Shown here one piece after another: positions 17,071 through 27,126 of a stretch of 64,000 nt of DNA; within the stretch, counting starts at the first letter, position 1, and each line of letters starts with the position of its first letter. The stretch is from Planctomycetota bacterium (lineage in GTDB: Bacteria > Planctomycetota > Planctomycetia > Pirellulales > UBA1268): NCBI GenBank assembly GCA_037129495.1, contig JBAXUW010000001.1:9970-73969 (forward strand). The letters are read 5' to 3'. The position numbers and the translations under genes are program-made. Under the pieces are notes generated by a model. It did no database searches. It had not been told where the DNA came from and worked only from the letters and a program-made list of their open reading frames with translations.

Positions 17071-19923
17071 TTACTCAGCAGTGGCTGGCAGCACGTTGAT
17101 CACTACCGGCGGCGACGACTGCTCTCCGTCGGCCTTGGTACGCAGGTGGAAGAGCCGCCGCTGCGGCTTCGCCACCGGTGCGGCGGTGATAAAAAACTCC
17201 CGCTCTTCCTGCCCTTCAACAATCAGCAGGCCGTTGAGCCCGATGTTATCCACAAACACCCCATACGGCAGGTTGCGGCCTGAATCGCTGCCGCCGAGTT
17301 CGATCCGATCCTTGAAGTCGTGCCGAGTGGCCTTGACCTTCGCGGTGATCGTCTGCCCTGGTCGGATCGAAAGCTCAAGCGGCTTGCCCGGCTCCTGTGT
17401 CACAGAGGATCGATCCTCACCCGGGAGGATTTCGACCGTAAGTTTCGGCTGCTCGGCGAGTTGGACATCGCCAATCGAGCCGAGATCCTGGACCACCTCC
17501 AGGCCATCCACCAAGGCCTTTGCCCGCACAGTCACGGCCTTGTCGGCGGCCTCGTCGGGCGGCATGCACTCAAGTCCAGCCGACAGCACACCGATCGCCT
17601 TCCGCTGGCCGGCAGGAATCTCGATCGGACCGTGGAAGACAAATCCCGCAGGCAAATTTTCGACTGTGATCACGATCGGCCCGCTGAAGCCCTCTGCCCG
17701 CGTGGCAGTGAACACCAGTTCGCGGCCGCTGCCAGGGCTGACCTTCGGATCCTTACCAGCGACCGCGACCGTAAACGCTGGAGCAGGGGGACGGATCGCG
17801 AGCGCATAGTGATAGTCGCCCGGATTTATCGCGGAGCCGCTCCCACGGACATCGGTGACCCGCACCACATACTCGCCATCGGCCGGGGCCTTGAACAAGA
17901 CCTGTGAATCGCTGCCCAACTGTCGCGTGGGCTCGTCGTCGTTTTCGTAGAAGATCGGCACCACCGGCAGGCCGTTTGGCTTTGGCTTACTGCCCGATTG
18001 CAGCGGCGTCACGATCCATGCCGGCTCGCCGAGGGCATGCGTGATCGCTGATGTGCCGAAGAAGGTGTGCCGGTCGCCCTCGCCTGGATAGACCGAGAAA
18101 CCGGAGTCGGGGCCATCGGGATACCGCCAGAGCTTCACGACCTCGCCGCTTGCATAGACATATTCGTCGAGCTCCATCTCCATCCAGTTTTGGAGCCGGT
18201 AGTCGCCCGACTGCTTGGAGTCTTTCCCGAGAAACGTAAACCATGAATCGCGGGTCGCCTGCAGGATGACCTGCACCACGGGATTGCCCGTGGAATCAAG
18301 CACCTCAATCCGCGAGTCAAGCTTCGATTTCGACCGCGCCGCATTGACGTCTAAAACGAGCAGCTCGCCAGCACGGGCCGCAAAGCGGAAGCAGTCGGGA
18401 TCACCCGCGCGGCCGATCGCCCCCTTGATCACGACCGGCAGAGAGACGGGCAGAGCCTGCGACGGGGTATCGTTTGGCTCCCGCTCGTCGAGCGTGACAG
18501 CGGCGTTACCAGCGCTTTCGGCAGCGCCGCCAACAAGCGCAGCGGGCCCGTCACGCCGAGTGACTGGTCCAGATGCAACGCCAGCGCCGAGCGCATCGAC
18601 TTCCAGAGCAACTGCCTCGAGCGAACCGTCCATCCGTCCGATCAGAAAGCTCTGAACATCCCGGGGCACGAGCACCGAGATGAGGTCTGGCTGCAGCGGA
18701 AAATCGTGCTCAAGCACGAGTTCTGGGACACTCCAGCACTTCAGCGAACGGTCTTCGGCCGACGTGAAGAGGTGCCGCCCGTCGGCCGAAAGCCCAATCG
18801 TAACAATCGGGCTCTCGTGGGCAAACAGCGCGTGGAGTGGAGGGTTGATCGCCGGCGCATCAAGCGCCGTGAGCTTCCAGAGATGGATCCTTTTGTCGCG
18901 TCCGGCGGCAATCACATGCCTGCCATCGGGGCTGAAGCAGACGCTTGAGATCTCCCCCTGCGGCTGGTTGAGCGTGTCGAGCCGAACGCCATCGACAGCT
19001 CGCCAGAGCTTGACTGTCTCGTCGGCACTGGCCGACGCGAGCAGCTTGCCGGTCGGATGCCAGGCCAGATCGAAGACGGCGCCGTTATGGCCGTCGATCG
19101 ACCGGATCAGCGACCCATCGGCCATGTTCCAGAGTTTGATCGACCGGTCGTAGCCTGCCGTGGCGAGCGTCTGCTCGTCAGGCGACAGCTCGGCGTCGTA
19201 GAGCAGGTCGCGGTGGCCTTCAAACCTGCTGATGACGGCGCCGCTGACTGCATCGCGAACCTGGGCCACGCCTGTGAGCCCGGTGATCCCACCGGCAAGG
19301 ACCAGCTGTCGGCCGTCGCGGCTGAAGTGCACCGCCGTGACCTTGCCCGGCAGGTCGGCCAGCGACAGAAGACCCGCTCCGCCAGCCGGAGCACGTGCAT
19401 CAAAAAGCTCGACCGTGCGGCCTCGCGCCACGACCAGCCGGCTGCCATCAGGGGAGACCGCTGCGGCAGTCACCGGCTTGATTCCCCTGTGAGGCGGCAG
19501 CTTCGGGACCGTGAGCGACCGGAGAATCGAGGCATCGCTCTGCGGGCCGGTGGCGCCGGCCGCAATCCAGGCCTTGAGCGTCGCTAGCTCCGCAGTCGGT
19601 ACCTGCGGCTCGTCGTCTGGCGGCATGTGGCCGCCGTCGGTGCTTTCGATCCGCTGAATCATGACCGATGCCGCGGCATCGCCGGGAGTGACCGAATCGC
19701 CCGATCCCTCGCCACCACGGCGGAGCGAGGCAAACCGCTCGACTGAAAGCTGCCCTGTCATGTCGCGGTCGTTGTGGCAGCCGGAGCAGTAGGTCCGTAA
19801 GATTGGCGTGATGTCTTGCTCATACGATGGCGCCGCGGCGACCGGCACCGCCGCGCAGACGCCGCCGACGGCGATTGCGGCCATGACGAGAAGGAGAAAC
19901 GGCTGTGTCCAATACCTGTTCAT
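17071..19923 (-). CDS. secreted c-type cytochrome domain / WD40 repeat / PPC-domain protein (PSCyt1-type)
   Basis: Signal peptide, heme motif CSGCHN, second planctomycete-cytochrome-like segment GGHMPPDD..LKAWIAAG, multiple WD repeats (LW, KLW, KCW ends), and a C-terminal pre-peptidase-like EREPNDTP..GDPDCFRF. Confidence 0.85.
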   Translation of the reverse strand: MNRYWTQPFLLLVMAAIAVGGVCAAVPVAAAPSYEQDITPILRTYCSGCHNDRDMTGQLSVERFASLRRGGEGSGDSVTPGDAAASVMIQRIESTDGGHMPPDDEPQVPTAELATLKAWIAAGATGPQSDASILRSLTVPKLPPHRGIKPVTAAAVSPDGSRLVVARGRTVELFDARAPAGGAGLLSLADLPGKVTAVHFSRDGRQLVLAGGITGLTGVAQVRDAVSGAVISRFEGHRDLLYDAELSPDEQTLATAGYDRSIKLWNMADGSLIRSIDGHNGAVFDLAWHPTGKLLASASADETVKLWRAVDGVRLDTLNQPQGEISSVCFSPDGRHVIAAGRDKRIHLWKLTALDAPAINPPLHALFAHESPIVTIGLSADGRHLFTSAEDRSLKCWSVPELVLEHDFPLQPDLISVLVPRDVQSFLIGRMDGSLEAVALEVDALGAGVASGPVTRRDGPAALVGGAAESAGNAAVTLDEREPNDTPSQALPVSLPVVIKGAIGRAGDPDCFRFAARAGELLVLDVNAARSKSKLDSRIEVLDSTGNPVVQVILQATRDSWFTFLGKDSKQSGDYRLQNWMEMELDEYVYASGEVVKLWRYPDGPDSGFSVYPGEGDRHTFFGTSAITHALGEPAWIVTPLQSGSKPKPNGLPVVPIFYENDDEPTRQLGSDSQVLFKAPADGEYVVRVTDVRGSGSAINPGDYHYALAIRPPAPAFTVAVAGKDPKVSPGSGRELVFTATRAEGFSGPIVITVENLPAGFVFHGPIEIPAGQRKAIGVLSAGLECMPPDEAADKAVTVRAKALVDGLEVVQDLGSIGDVQLAEQPKLTVEILPGEDRSSVTQEPGKPLELSIRPGQTITAKVKATRHDFKDRIELGGSDSGRNLPYGVFVDNIGLNGLLIVEGQEEREFFITAAPVAKPQRRLFHLRTKADGEQSSPPVVINVLPATAE

Positions 19924-19964
19924 AGTCCTGGTCCCTGAACGATCGACTGCACTCGTGCCTCAAG

Positions 19965-22235
19965 CTAGTGCCTAAACAAGAACTCACGGCTGGTCAGCAG
20001 CGACCAATACATATCTTCGACCATGTCACGTTTTTCCTCGGGCTTAGCGGCCGTGAGCATCTCCTCAAACGGTTTTCGCTCCTCGTCGGTCGGCAGCCGT
20101 GAGAGGGCCCGCAGCCAGGCCTCGTCGACCAGCGACTTGGGCGTCGGATCGGTGGCGAGGAGTTGTGTGATTCGGCCCGCCTTGGCGGCGAGTTTGTCGT
20201 TGACAGTCGAGCCGTTGGAGAGATGCAACACCTGCACAAGGCTCGGCTGGTTCGACCGCTCGCACTCGCACGTGATCTCCCGCGCATTGCGGCCAAAGAC
20301 CTTCAAAAAGTAGTTCTTCACCGCCGAGTCGTGGAGCTGGATGGCCCGCGTGTCTTCATCGTAGCCCTTTACCTTCTCGGTCGAGCCGTCATTATTTGCG
20401 ATCTCGGTATAGCTGTCGCGAACGCCGGTCACGTCGGAAAAGGCGTCGCTCAAGACCTCCGCCATGAGTCGCTTCGGATAGGTCCTGGCAAACCACTTCC
20501 GGTCGTCGCGGTTTTCTGGCAGTGGATCACTCGACCGCCGGTAGGTCTCCGAAAGGAGGATCAGCCGCATCAGCGACTTGAGGTCGTAGCTGTGATCCAC
20601 GGTATGGCGACAGAGGGCAACGAGTAGTTTCTCATTGCTCGGCGGATTTGATGTCCGCAGGTCGTCGACCGGATCGACAAGCCCCATGCCGAAGAAGTTG
20701 GCCCAGACACGGTTTGCAATCGCCCGCGTAAAGTATGGATTGGTGGGTGACGTCAGCCAGGCGGCCAGGGCGACGCGTCGATCGCCGGTGTCGGTCATCG
20801 GCAGCGGTTCGCCGTCGAGAGGAGCGGGCGGCTGCGGCTTGCCGGTGCGGGGCTGCAGCAGGTCGCCGCGCGAGTCGACATAAAGGGTGCGACTGCCATC
20901 GCCGCTGCGGGTATCGCCGCCCCAGCCCTTGGCGCGGACCCGCGAGAAGAGATTGGCGAAGGCGTAATACTGATCGTTTGTCCATTTTTCGAGCGGATGG
21001 TTGTGGCACTTCGCGCAGCCGATCGAGAGCGATAGAAACGCCTGGCTGGTGTTTTCCGCCATCGTCTCGGGATCCTGGTGGACCGCGAAATAGTTTGTTG
21101 CGCCGTTCTCCAAGCTCGATCCACGGGCTGTCAGCAGTTCGCTCACGAGCCGGTCCCACGGTGTATTCTCCGCCACACGGTCGCGGATCCATTGGTAGTA
21201 GGCGTTCACCGCTGCGGGTCGCAGTTTCGAGCCGGTCACAAGCAAAACGTCAGACCACTTGTAGGTCCAGTAGTCAACAAATTCGGAGCGTGCCAGCAGG
21301 AGAGTGACCAGCCGCTCTTTTCTACCGGGCGACTTGTCGGCAAGATACTCATGCACCTCTTCCGGCGTCGGCAGGCGACCGATCGTGTCGAGAAACGCCC
21401 GCCGCAGGTAGGTCGCATCGTCGCAGGGGGGCGACGGCTTGAGATGGAGTTTCTGCAACTTTTCCAGGACGAGGTCGTCGATGATGTTGGCCCTGGGACT
21501 GCTTGCAAAAAACTCGGCGGGAATCTCGTGCGGGAAGGGCGATACGACACTCGCCGCAGCGATCTTCGAGGAAAACCAGGCGGTCACCGCCCCCTCGCCA
21601 TGTGCCAATCCCTTCACGATGCCCTGCGGATCGACCGTGCAGACCGTCTCGTCAGTTGATGTAAACCGCGCCCAACGCGTGACATCCCGTGAACTGCCGT
21701 CGCTGTATTTCGCCGTCACGGTCAGCTGCGCCGTCTGCCCCGGCTCCACGAGGCTCTCGGCCGGCCCCAGTTCGATTGCGTCGAGCGTTTTCTCCGCTGG
21801 CTTCGGCCCCGGACAGCCGGCCTCAATCCAGGCCGCTAACCTCCGGTAGTCATCGCCACCGACTTCCAGACGCTTGCCACCTTTGTGAGACACAGCCGTG
21901 GTGGGCTTTGTGAGCAGGAGGCTCGACCCCGGGTCGGCGAGATCCACCCGACGGCCGCGGGCGTCACGTGTCAGCATGAGGTAGTCGGTCTTTGGGTCGT
22001 AGCCAAAGAGCGAGAGCCGAAAGCCGCCCTTGCCGGCAAGCGCCCCGTGGCATCCACCGCCATTACAGCCTCCCTTTGAGAAGATCGGCATCACATCGAG
22101 TTCAAAGCTGACCTCCTCTGCTCCATGAACAGCCTGAATAGCCTGAACAGCTGGCAAAACCATCCCGATCACCATCCAGGCGACAGACAGGGCAAAGCGG
22201 AGGCGTCGTGTGATCCGTGTGGTCCGTGTGGACAT
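19965..22235 (-). CDS. DUF1549/DUF1553 (PSCyt2 + PSD1) domain protein with a Big_2-like insert
   Basis: GGCNGGGCHG, FVDYWTYKWSDVLLV (DUF1549-like), CAKCHNHPLEKWTNDQYY (DUF1553-like). Track start 22250 is GTG; the ATG at 22235 (MSTRTTR) is used here. Confidence 0.85.
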   Translation of the reverse strand: MSTRTTRITRRLRFALSVAWMVIGMVLPAVQAIQAVHGAEEVSFELDVMPIFSKGGCNGGGCHGALAGKGGFRLSLFGYDPKTDYLMLTRDARGRRVDLADPGSSLLLTKPTTAVSHKGGKRLEVGGDDYRRLAAWIEAGCPGPKPAEKTLDAIELGPAESLVEPGQTAQLTVTAKYSDGSSRDVTRWARFTSTDETVCTVDPQGIVKGLAHGEGAVTAWFSSKIAAASVVSPFPHEIPAEFFASSPRANIIDDLVLEKLQKLHLKPSPPCDDATYLRRAFLDTIGRLPTPEEVHEYLADKSPGRKERLVTLLLARSEFVDYWTYKWSDVLLVTGSKLRPAAVNAYYQWIRDRVAENTPWDRLVSELLTARGSSLENGATNYFAVHQDPETMAENTSQAFLSLSIGCAKCHNHPLEKWTNDQYYAFANLFSRVRAKGWGGDTRSGDGSRTLYVDSRGDLLQPRTGKPQPPAPLDGEPLPMTDTGDRRVALAAWLTSPTNPYFTRAIANRVWANFFGMGLVDPVDDLRTSNPPSNEKLLVALCRHTVDHSYDLKSLMRLILLSETYRRSSDPLPENRDDRKWFARTYPKRLMAEVLSDAFSDVTGVRDSYTEIANNDGSTEKVKGYDEDTRAIQLHDSAVKNYFLKVFGRNAREITCECERSNQPSLVQVLHLSNGSTVNDKLAAKAGRITQLLATDPTPKSLVDEAWLRALSRLPTDEERKPFEEMLTAAKPEEKRDMVEDMYWSLLTSREFLFRH

Positions 22236-22246
22236 GGGTGGGTTCC

Positions 22247-23638
22247 TCACGCGAAGAGTTCGCGAATCGGTTCGGTGCCGAAATCGGTGAGCGCAAACGG
22301 CCGGCCGGCGGGTCCCGGCAGGTGCCCGGTGTGGTCGAGGCCAAGGCTATTGAAGATCGTGGCCACAATGTCGCCGGGGCCGATCGGCCGTTCAGCAGGG
22401 AAGCCGCCGATCGGATCGCTGGCTCCCACCACGCGGCCACCCTTGACACCGCCGCCGGCAAACGAGCAGGTAAAACACTGCGGCCAGTGGTCTCGGCCAC
22501 CGGCTGGATTCACCTTCGGCGTGCGGCCAAATTCCGCGAGGCCGGCGACGAGCGTATCGTCAAGCAGGCCACGCTGGTGGAGATCCTCAATCAGAGCGCT
22601 GTAGGCCTGGTCGTACATCGGGCAGACAATGCTCTTCATCCCCTCGATCGATGTAAACGGCTTCGAGCCGTGGATGTCCCACGTGATCTCATCAAAAACG
22701 GTGAGAAACGTGTTGATCGTTACAAACCGTACGCCGTTTTCCACCAGGCGGCGAGCGAGCAGGCAGCATTGGCCGAACCGGTTCATGCCATACCGCTCGC
22801 GGACCGCCTGCGGCTCCTTCGAGAGATCAAAGGCCTCACGGGCCTGCGTGCTCGTCATCAGTCGATAGGCGGCGTGGAAATTGTCGTCGAGCAGCCGGGC
22901 GTCTTCGCTCAACTCAAATTCTTTCGCCGCGCTCTCCACGATCTCACGCATTTTTCGCCGCCGGTCGATCCGGGTAACGCCAATCTGATCGGGAGGCAGG
23001 AGATCGGGCACCCGGAAGTTGGGCTGCGACGGATCGGCCATCAGCGCAAAAGGATCCTGCGCCTTACCGAGAAAGCCACCTGACTGTCCGTTGGGCAAGT
23101 TGCCGCCGCCGCGGCCCATCAACTGCGGCAGCACAACAAACGGCGGCAGGTCGGTTCGCCGACCGCAGAGATAGGACGCCACGCTGCCCACATGCGGCGT
23201 GTGGATGCCTCCGGTGAACCGGCGGCCGGTCTGCAGCATCTGCCAGCCGGCGTCGTGCACCGCGGCGCCATCGTGCCGACACGACCGCACGAGCGAAAAC
23301 TTATCGGCGATCTCCGCATGCTTCGGCAGCAGTTCGGAGATCTCAAAGGCATCAGACTTTGTCCGGATCGGCTTGAACGGTCCGCGGACCTCGGCCGCTG
23401 CCTCGGGCTTCATGTCCCAGAGATCGATGTGGCTGGGCCCGCCGAGGTTAAAGATCATGATGCACGACCGCTGCTCATGACCGGGCCGAACCTTCCCCTC
23501 GCTCGCCGCCCGGAGATACTGCGGCAGTGATAGCCCCACGGCAGCCAGCGCCCCCACCTGCAGGAAGTCCCGCCGGCTGGGTCCACTGCCGCAGAGCTGC
23601 GCCCGGCCACCTGGAGACGGGACACGAAATTCAAACAT
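22247..23638 (-). CDS. DUF1501 domain protein (sulfatase-fold, Tat signal)
   Basis: Start at ATG 23638 (MFEFRV). Tat-like SRRDFLQVGALAAVG. GGPSHIDLWDMKP and GRDHW motifs are typical of DUF1501. Confidence 0.9.
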   Translation of the reverse strand: MFEFRVPSPGGRAQLCGSGPSRRDFLQVGALAAVGLSLPQYLRAASEGKVRPGHEQRSCIMIFNLGGPSHIDLWDMKPEAAAEVRGPFKPIRTKSDAFEISELLPKHAEIADKFSLVRSCRHDGAAVHDAGWQMLQTGRRFTGGIHTPHVGSVASYLCGRRTDLPPFVVLPQLMGRGGGNLPNGQSGGFLGKAQDPFALMADPSQPNFRVPDLLPPDQIGVTRIDRRRKMREIVESAAKEFELSEDARLLDDNFHAAYRLMTSTQAREAFDLSKEPQAVRERYGMNRFGQCCLLARRLVENGVRFVTINTFLTVFDEITWDIHGSKPFTSIEGMKSIVCPMYDQAYSALIEDLHQRGLLDDTLVAGLAEFGRTPKVNPAGGRDHWPQCFTCSFAGGGVKGGRVVGASDPIGGFPAERPIGPGDIVATIFNSLGLDHTGHLPGPAGRPFALTDFGTEPIRELFA

Positions 23639-23746
23639 GGCCTTCTCCGTTCGATACTGACGGTCGCGATGCAACACCCTTATCATAGCCAGCGTGTGAG
23701 AGCGGTGTCATTTGACAACAGCGGCAGCCGTTTGTATTAAAGGGTC

Positions 23747-24619
23747 ATGCCCCGAAACCCTCCGCCAGCCGCGCCGGTGCCTTCGCAAGGCGATCAGATC
23801 CTCGCTTTGTTCGACGCATTGCCCGATGTGATGCTGTTTGTGAAAAACCGGCGGAGCCGGTTTGTGGGGGGCAACAAGGCCTGTGCCATCATGCACGGTT
23901 GCCGCACGGCTGCGGAGATGACCGGCAAGAACGATGCCGATTTCCATCCCCCGGCGCTCGCCGCGCAGTATGTGGCTGAGGACCGCAAGGTGATGACGTC
24001 GAGACGGCCACTCCGCGACCAGGCGTGGCTGGTGCCCGACCACGCCGGCATGCCGCGTTGGTATCTCTGCACGAAGATGCCGCTCTTTGCTGCCGATGGG
24101 AGCGTCTCGGGGCTGGCTGGCGTTCTGCGTCCGTTTGATCAGGCGGGCAACGCGCCACAGGAATACCATCGGCTCACGCCGGTGATGGAACACGTGCTCC
24201 GCCACTATCGGCGGCCGATCGCACTGCCGGACTTGGCGCGGCTGGCAGGTCTATCGGTGAGTCAATTGCAGCGGGAGTTTCGTCGGCTGTTTAACATCAG
24301 CCCGGGCGACTACATCCTCTGGATGCGGCTCTCGATGGCCCGCCAGCGTCTGGAAGAGACAGCCGATTCCATCCGCCAGATCGGCGCAGACTGCGGCTTC
24401 TATGACCAGAGCCACTTCACGCGGTCGTTCAAACAGCACACGGGCCTGCCGCCGCGGCAATATCGGCAACGACACAGCCGCAGCGAGTGCAATGCAGTGC
24501 CCGGAAGCTTGGCGACGCTTGAGAGGAAGGCTCTCAGAACTTATCCCACCGGGAATTCCGGAAAGTCGGGATCGGCTGCAGCTCGACAAGCGTCGGCATT
24601 TCGCCCTGAAAAGATTTGA
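23747..24619 (+). CDS. PAS-domain AraC-family transcriptional regulator
   Basis: N-terminal PAS-like segment (LPDVMLFVKNRRSRFVGGN..) and a C-terminal AraC HTH (LAGLSVSQLQREFRR.., IGADCGFYDQSHFTRSFKQHTGLPPRQYRQ). The last ~28 codons and the stop lie inside repeat copy B. Confidence 0.85.
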   Translation: MPRNPPPAAPVPSQGDQILALFDALPDVMLFVKNRRSRFVGGNKACAIMHGCRTAAEMTGKNDADFHPPALAAQYVAEDRKVMTSRRPLRDQAWLVPDHAGMPRWYLCTKMPLFAADGSVSGLAGVLRPFDQAGNAPQEYHRLTPVMEHVLRHYRRPIALPDLARLAGLSVSQLQREFRRLFNISPGDYILWMRLSMARQRLEETADSIRQIGADCGFYDQSHFTRSFKQHTGLPPRQYRQRHSRSECNAVPGSLATLERKALRTYPTGNSGKSGSAAARQASAFRPEKI

Positions 24620-24763
24620 ACTACCAACACACATCACGGCGAAAGTCCCCGCGAAGGAGACTTCTGCCGGCCCGGCGATGCACTACCAGAGACGGTAGAG
24701 CAAATCGAGGAGGAAAGCTTTAAAAACTTATCCCACGAAAGACAGAAGACGGCGTGGATGAAG
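24536..24763. repeat. ~200-bp composite intergenic element, copy B, plus a tail module
   Basis: agaacttatcccac ... aaaaacttatcccac, then gaaagacagaagacggcgtggatgaag. The tail is the reverse complement of the module seen at 49766-49800. Confidence 0.85.
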
Positions 24764-24764
24764 G

Positions 24765-25877
24765 TCAGCCCGCGTAGGCCGAGATCGTTGGCTGACGAAC
24801 GAGGTCGTCTTCAACCGAGCGGTGCGGCCGAATGCCGAGCTTCTCAAGCTCGCCATGATAGGCCCGCACCGCCTCGGCCGCCGGGAGCTCATCGTCGGCG
24901 ACGGCGCGGAGTAACTTCACAAACGAGAGCTGGTGTTCCGCGGCGTTGATCTTGCGGCCAAAGAGAGCGACGCGACCGCCGTGCTGCTTGGCTTCGGCGA
25001 CGAGCCCAAACGCATCGTGCGTGGTGCCAGCACCGCCGCCCAGAATCCCCACGACCACAGAGCGATCGTAGGCGGCAAGCTGCTCGGTGACCTCGGGACC
25101 AAGGTACGGAATCTTGAGGAAGATCGGCCGGCCCGCCCGCGGCACGCCCGCCAACGCCCGCACCACATGATCGGCGAGGAAGCGGGCGATGTCGCGTGGC
25201 TTTTCGCTCGCCGCCTTCCCGGGCACGCGATCGAGGGCGTTGGGGAAAAAGACCTCGAGGAAATGTCGGAAGCCAGCCCGTTCAGCCGCGACGCGAAACT
25301 CGCGGTAGGCCGTGAGCATGTCGCGGTCAAGCGACGCATCGTCATTGAGCGTGAGCGAGAAGAGGCCGAGATTCGCGCCGCGGATATTGTCGGCATGCTT
25401 GGGCTGATCAGCAGGCGGGGCCCGATCACCAGGCATGGCATCGACCCGGCCGCAGCGGGCCTGGGAGATCGTGGTGGTGGAGAAGGGGAGAGCGGGCTGG
25501 CGGCCGTAACTACCAGTGCCGGCGGCTAGCCAGATATCGGTCGTGTCGTTCATCCGCACCGCGGGCGTGACATGGCTGCTCACAAACAGTCCTTCCTCGA
25601 TCGCCAGTTGCTCACTTGTGCTGGCGCTCATGAGCATGATGTCGACATGCCCTTGTCTGACGAGTTCGCGGATGTTGTCGCGGTAATCGGCCATCGACCG
25701 AAACGGACCCGTGCCGGGCTGGCCGCCCGGTGCGAGGCCGGGCGCCGCCAGCCCAAACGCCATGTCGGCGTCTTTGGCATCGGCGAGGATAAAGTCGCGG
25801 CAGTTGGGGTCAGCGACGATCCGGGCTAGCTTGAGATCCAGCGACTTCTCAGGCTGCTTTGTTGACGGAGGGGGCAT
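24765..25877 (-). CDS. conserved hypothetical, possibly a class-I aldolase-like TIM-barrel protein
   Basis: Start set to ATG 25877 (MPPPSTKQ) within track ORF 24765..26132. The C-terminal pattern VVVGILGGGAGTT..EAKQHGGRVALFGRKI resembles DhnA/LacD-type aldolases. The function call is weak. Confidence 0.4.
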   Translation of the reverse strand: MPPPSTKQPEKSLDLKLARIVADPNCRDFILADAKDADMAFGLAAPGLAPGGQPGTGPFRSMADYRDNIRELVRQGHVDIMLMSASTSEQLAIEEGLFVSSHVTPAVRMNDTTDIWLAAGTGSYGRQPALPFSTTTISQARCGRVDAMPGDRAPPADQPKHADNIRGANLGLFSLTLNDDASLDRDMLTAYREFRVAAERAGFRHFLEVFFPNALDRVPGKAASEKPRDIARFLADHVVRALAGVPRAGRPIFLKIPYLGPEVTEQLAAYDRSVVVGILGGGAGTTHDAFGLVAEAKQHGGRVALFGRKINAAEHQLSFVKLLRAVADDELPAAEAVRAYHGELEKLGIRPHRSVEDDLVRQPTISAYAG

Positions 25878-25958
25878 GCTGACGATTCCCGGGGTTTCGA
25901 TCGAAGAACCCCATGCTACCCGACCTGCGGCGCGGGCTCGCCTGTCGCTCTCTAATAA

Positions 25959-25973
25959 CGTAAAACTTTTACG
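25959..25973. promoter_or_regulatory. candidate operator palindrome in a divergent promoter region
   Basis: cgtaaaa-c-ttttacg has perfect 7-bp arms. It lies between divergent genes 24765..25877(-) and 26069..27106(+), next to a XylR-family regulator gene. Confidence 0.3.
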
Positions 25974-26068
25974 CAAGAGCATAACTCCTGCCAGATAGTC
26001 TATCCGGCTTTGGCAGACGCATCGTTGCTCGTGATCGGGTTCCCCGCATTTGAGGAGGATGTTTTGTG

Positions 26069-27106
26069 ATGGCAGCCACGTCGTATCGGTTTTCACTCGG
26101 TCCCTGGAATATCGGCCGCGGCGCCGATCCATTCGGCCCCCCCGTCCGGCCGCCGGTGGAGTTTGACGACGTGCTCAAGGCGGCCGTTGCACTCGGCTTC
26201 GAGGGGATCCAACTTCACGATGACGACGCGGTGCCCGACCTCGAAAATCTTGCGCCGGCTAAGATCGTCGCTGCGGCCGAGGCGATGCGGAAGAAACTCG
26301 CCGACTTGGGTCTGACGGCCGAATTCGTCGCCCCTCGTCTCTGGGAGCATTCCCACGGCATCGATGGCGGCTATACCAGCAACGATCCAGCTGGGCGGAA
26401 GTGGGCGATCGAGCGATCACAGCGGGCGGTCGACGTGGCGCTGGCGCTCGGCACGGATCTGATCGTGATGTGGCCGGCCCGCGAGGGCACGTCCGTTCGC
26501 GAAAGTAAGAATCCCGTCGATGCGTCGCGGCAGATTCTGGAGGCGATCAACGCGATCTTGAGCGCGAGCCCCAAGGCGAGAATCGCCATCGAGCCCAAGC
26601 CGAACGAGCCAGTCGACCATGCCTTCGTGCCGACGATCGGCCATGCGCTCTCACTTGGTGCGCGGTCGGCTGATCCAGCCCGCGTGGGCGTACTCATCGA
26701 ATCGGCACACGCGATTCTGGCGGGCCTCGACCCCTCGGACGAGATGGGCTTTGCGATTGCCGCTGGAAAACTCTGGGGCGTGCATTTAAACGACCAGAAC
26801 GGACTCAAGTTTGACCAAGACAAGGTCTTTGGCGCTGCCAATCTCCGCGGTGCCTTCGATCAGGTCCGCGTGCTTGAGAATGCCAACTACGCCGCCACTC
26901 GTGCCTTCATCGGCTTCGACGTGAAGGCCCAGCGGACGCAGAAGGCCGAGTCGGCCACGGCGCACCTGGCCACGAGCAAGGCGGTGTTTCTTCGGCTTGT
27001 CGAGAAGGTCCGCTCCTTCCCCAAAACAACAGCCGACCAGTGCATCGCCGCCCGCGATTACGAGGCTCTTGAGCGACTCGTGCTGGAGCACCTGCTCTCC
27101 GCCTGA
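26069..27106 (+). CDS. xylA: xylose isomerase (class I, actinobacterial type)-like TIM-barrel protein, short C-terminus
   Basis: GAGGAGGA sits 9 nt upstream of ATG 26069. Colinear by eye with class I XylA active-site blocks: FSLGPWN..DPFG, HDDD, IAIEPKPNEP, ESAHAILAG, WGVHLNDQNGLKFDQD, FDVK. About 40 aa shorter than typical XylA, so substrate is uncertain. Confidence 0.6.
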   Translation: MAATSYRFSLGPWNIGRGADPFGPPVRPPVEFDDVLKAAVALGFEGIQLHDDDAVPDLENLAPAKIVAAAEAMRKKLADLGLTAEFVAPRLWEHSHGIDGGYTSNDPAGRKWAIERSQRAVDVALALGTDLIVMWPAREGTSVRESKNPVDASRQILEAINAILSASPKARIAIEPKPNEPVDHAFVPTIGHALSLGARSADPARVGVLIESAHAILAGLDPSDEMGFAIAAGKLWGVHLNDQNGLKFDQDKVFGAANLRGAFDQVRVLENANYAATRAFIGFDVKAQRTQKAESATAHLATSKAVFLRLVEKVRSFPKTTADQCIAARDYEALERLVLEHLLSA

Positions 27107-27126
27107 CGAGAGTTCGTAGTGTATCC

